From Macrostomum lignano (taxonomy: Eukaryota): a stretch of DNA of 62,816 bases. A program made the translations under genes and the position numbers. Under the pieces are notes generated by a model that saw only the letters and a list, made by a program, of their open reading frames with translations, did no database searches and was not told where the DNA came from. Below, in pieces: positions 59,468 to 62,816 of this stretch. Position 1 is the stretch's first letter. Each line of letters opens with the position of its first letter. The DNA lies in assembly GCA_002269645.1 (NCBI GenBank), contig NIVC01004052.1, positions 1 through 62,816 of the forward strand, written 5' to 3'.

Positions 59468-60050
59468 ATGGAAAGAAAAAATCAAAACGATTCAAGTTTC
59501 TCTCCTGTGATCATCGTACAGGATCCGCTTCAAAACCATGACGCCCCACCAACAAGGTTGAGAAATTTAAAACAAACAAAATCGTACGATAAACTAATTA
59601 ATCTCTATGGAGAACTTAATTTTATATTCGGAAGTTGCAGTATAACATGGAATAGTAAAACAAAGAAAAAAATACCGTCAGGAATGCCAACCAAAGCAGA
59701 TAGGAATTCAACCTCACCAACATTTCGACCAGAGGTAGACAACATGATTTGGATAGATACTCGAAATTCAAATATAACCGTAATCGATATTGATAATGCT
59801 GACCTATTCCCTAAGTTGAATGAACTGTGTATGACTCATTGTGATTGGATTGTTCAGACAAACAAGGGACACCACTTTTACTTTAACAAGGTAGATGGAT
59901 TGAAAGTAACGATTCAACAAAGTGTGGGTTTTGATATTCCCGCCTTGGTATTTGCTCCACCAGGTTTCTATTATGTCGATGGTGAAATTAGGGAATACAA
60001 ACGTACAAAGTCCAAATGTTTAATAGACATGCCAGATGTAATTCTTGTTA
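59468..60050 (+). pseudogene. Bifunctional primase-polymerase (AEP prim-pol) N-terminal domain, truncated by the Ngaro insertion
   Basis: Motifs ITVIDID (DxD), VQTNKGHHFYF (sxH), GFDI, VFAPPG; composition switches to GC-rich at ~60050-60090. Confidence 0.75.
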
Positions 60051-60253
60051 CCCTTGCCACTGTTTTGGTGGTAAGGGCGTTTAAACTGCGGGGGGAGGGG
60101 CTCGCTTGGCTGGGGCGGGTGCGTGCGGGGTTGCGTGTGCTGCGGGGGGCGGGGTCGCGGGGTGCTAGCTTGATTTCTTATTTAGTCCGGTCCCCCGCTT
60201 GTTCGCCGTGCGTTCGTGTTTGCTCAGAATTTTTTTTCTCTGCCACAATCAAT

Positions 60254-61338
60254 ATGGCCACCTCTAGTCAGCTGCAATCAGTCACCGATCTGAGCGTGCC
60301 TCAACTAAAGACGGCATTGCAAGCGCGCAAATTGCCAACAAAAGGTAGCAAGGCTGCCCTACGTACTCGTCTGTGCGACGCGATTCTCAACGAGCGTCTA
60401 GCTGCTGACGCCGCGAACAGGACTTCCCACAGGGAGCCACCGAGGGATTCTGAAGGCTCGTCCGATGGAGGGAGCAGCCGGCGGTCCAAGGGGGTGGCAC
60501 CTCTTTGGGTGGCGCGGCTCTGGATGAGGAGATCGAGCTCACCCGACGGCGCATTGAACTGCTAAGGCTGCAGAAAGAAGAGGCGGAGCTGCGACGGTCG
60601 GTGGAAAAGGCACCAGATAATCGCGGTAAGCTACCAGAATTTTTGAGCCAGTCTGCTTGCGCTGAGTCTGATAGGTGGTCCAATGATGGTGAACTTGATG
60701 CTGCTATTTTTGCTCCAAGCAACGCTAGAGTTACATCCGGGCGGCTGCTCCGTATTTGCGACTTCATTGATGCCCCTGGCCAGGCTGACGAGCTTCTTTC
60801 GCAGGGTGAGACAGCGAAGCAGAATCTCAAGAGCGGTAGACCAAAATCTGTAGACTCTGTGACAGTCGGCCAATGGATTTCTGCCAATGCTAAAATCATG
60901 TATGCCATGCTGCAATCCGGACAGCTAGCGTCTCACGACACCGATAGTGAGCCAAAAAGTCTCTTGGACTACTTGCAGCACGTTATCCACATCGGCGATT
61001 TGCTTGATGGGGGGTACGACTGGCAAGTCCTTCTTCGTTATGATGACGACCTGCGTAAGTTCCAGCATGCGAACGCCTCCAAGTGGTCCCAGCCGCCTTT
61101 GTCTCTGATTTGTAAGCACCTGACGGCCCCAAAGAACCTTCATAGTCGGCAAGCCAGCCAGACTGGCCGCGGAGGCCGCCGACAATTCGCTTCGCGAGGC
61201 CAAGCGGTCTGTGGACTGTTTAACAGCGCCACCGGATGTCAGAGAGACACCTGCAACTATCTACACTGCTGTCGGATTTGTGGTGGCTCACATGCTGCTG
61301 CTAGCCACACCAACCGTGCTAATCAAGCAAAAAACTGA
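60254..61338 (+). pseudogene. Ngaro/DIRS gag-like ORF, one frameshift between 60454 and 60505
   Basis: SAP motif LSVPQLKTALQARKLPTKGSKAALRTRL; coiled coil; YDDDLRK; CGLFNSATGCQRDTCNYLHCCRICGGSH; ends QAKN*. Confidence 0.75.
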
Positions 61339-62816
61339 GAGAAGCGTCGCATGCAGATTCCATCGCCTGCGACGCCTTCTCTTTTAACTTCCTGCCTGCC
61401 CGCGACATCGCCCAACCTGCCTGCCTGCCTGCCTCCGACGTCGTTCAACCTGCCTGCCTGCCTGCCTCTGACGTCGCTCAACCTGCCTGCCTGCATGCCT
61501 CCGACGTCGCTCAACCTGCCTACCTGCCTGCCTCCGACGTCGCTCAACCTGCCTGCCTGACTGCCTCCGACGTCGCTCAACCTGCCTGCCTGACTGCCTC
61601 CGACGTCGCTCAACCTGCCTGCCTGCCTGCCTCGACGTCGCTCAACCTGCCTGCCTGCCTGGCTCCGACGCTACCAAACCTGCCTGCTTGTCGGCCTCCG
61701 TCATCGACCCTGCTCACCGGCTAGCTAACGGCTGTCCTCCGGTCGATCCCCGTCGGTGCGGCGACCTCGTCGTGGCTGTCTGGGAGGAGCGTCTTCGTGG
61801 AGATCCGGATGAGAATTTCCTTGTCGACAGTCTTCGTGCTGGTTTTTCTTTAATCGACGACGGTTCTCAAGTGCCCGCCTTTGAGTCCGATAACTACCCG
61901 TCGGTGGAGGAGTTCAGGCAGGAGGTCGAATGCCTGCTGCTTGAAGAAATTCGCAGGGGTAGAGTCGTGGTTGTGCCAGATCCGCCAAGCTTGGTGAGCC
62001 CGCTTGGGGCTATTCGCAAATCTTCTGGTGGCGTCAGACTCATTCACGACTGCTCCGTCCCGCATAATGCGTCTCTCAACGACTGTTTCACCGCCGAACG
62101 CAAGCTGCGTTTTGCGTCTGTCGAGGATTTCGTGCGTCTTCTTCGGCCAGGTCACTTCATGGCCAAAGTTGATATTTCCTCGGCGTATCGGTCCATTGCC
62201 TGCCACCCCAGCTGCTGGCCTCTTCTTGGTCTGAAGTTCAAGTTTTCCGGCGACGATCACGTTACTTACATGGAAGACGACGCCTTCCATGGGTGCTGCC
62301 GGCTCTGTTCCTAGCTTTCACCGTGTCTCTCAAGCCATTCATCGCTTCATGGTCAAGGACGGCTATACCGCTGTTGTCAACTATCTGGATGACTTTGCTG
62401 TCACTGCCGCTACCTACAGAGATTGCTTCAAGGCCTATGATCACCTGCTAAGTCTTCTGGAGCATCTTGGCTTCGAGGTCAACCGCAAAAAGTGCACCCC
62501 GCCTTGTCAGGACATGGTCTTCCTCGGTGTTCGTATCCAGACAGACATCGGAGTCATGTCTCTGCCTCCGGAAAAGCTGCATGAGCTGCGTCAGTTGCTC
62601 ACTGACTGTCTTGCCGCTAGACAAGTCTCTGCTTCCTTCTTGCGTCGCCTCACCGGAAAGCTAAGCTGGTTTTTCCAGGTGCAAAGACAAATTCGCATGT
62701 TCCTTCGCCCATCATCGAGTTTACCGAGAGTCTTAGTCGTGAAAATCGTCGAGTGCGCATTTGCGAGAGTTTGCGGCATCTTTTTCAATGGTGGGAATCG
62801 GCCGTCAGGTGTTACC
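61335..62816 (+). pseudogene. Ngaro/DIRS pol (33-bp repeat linker, RT); frameshifts near 61632 and ~62285; truncated by the window end
   Basis: SPLGAIRK...RLIHDCS...SLND, MAKVDISSAYR, (R)LPMG, YLDDF at 62382-62396, FLGV.I, LPPEKL. Confidence 0.85.

Larger units (their letters stand above)
44521..60050 (+). mobile_element. Endogenous Polinton/Maverick-like virus, degraded, with two nested retroelements; right part beyond the Ngaro insertion or the window
   Basis: Co-oriented AT-rich genes: PLA2-integrase, major and minor capsid, packaging ATPase, cysteine protease, fibre-like protein, primase-polymerase. Candidate left terminus AGTAGT at 44521 (no right end in the window to confirm it). Confidence 0.9.
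60050..62816 (+). mobile_element. Ngaro/DIRS-type (tyrosine-recombinase class) retrotransposon, 5' part; left boundary approximate
   Basis: Gag with SAP domain and C-terminal CCCH/CCHH finger, followed by DIRS-type RT. The recombinase lies outside the window, so the class rests on gag/RT motifs. Confidence 0.8.

Noticed and set aside
59414-60565. 383-aa ORF as one prim-pol-SAP fusion protein
   Set aside because: It is a chance in-frame join of the viral prim-pol, the GC-rich leader of the inserted Ngaro element and the start of its gag.

Overview
Repeat-rich eukaryotic nuclear DNA, most likely an invertebrate animal (inferred from TTAGGG repeats and the transposon repertoire; species not determinable here). 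Only one clear host gene is present: an intronless FkbM-family methyltransferase at 2882-4003 (-). The rest is nested mobile DNA. (i) A ~23.8-kb head-to-tail train of six non-autonomous Helitrons (6340-30158) is inserted at one A|T site in a 27-bp minisatellite; each unit carries its own minisatellite, and one holds a young Ty3/Gypsy element with identical LTRs. (ii) A 380-bp-arm fold-back element. (iii) A Penelope-like (Neptune-type) retroelement with two minimal hammerhead ribozymes. (iv) Another Helitron carrying a solo LTR, followed by an interstitial (TTAGGG)n tract. (v) From ~44.5 kb, a decaying endogenous Polinton/Maverick-like virus (PLA2-integrase, major and minor capsid, packaging ATPase, cysteine protease, fibre-like protein, primase-polymerase), interrupted by a LOA-type LINE and a Ngaro/DIRS element. 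The standout is in the viral PLA2-integrase gene. An 895-nt group I intron (45159-46053; P1, P3, P4, P6, P7, P8 and P9 recognisable) splits the PLA2 motif GYSFAG|PGT. It encodes a PD-(D/E)xK nuclease resembling the Eco47II (GGNCC) restriction-enzyme family. Removing the intron recreates GGT|CC, a GGNCC site forced by the Gly-Pro codons. A by-hand scan found no other GGNCC in ~11.4 kb of native viral DNA, and no methyltransferase gene is visible there. This suggests a restriction enzyme used as a homing endonuclease, with self-protection by site avoidance.
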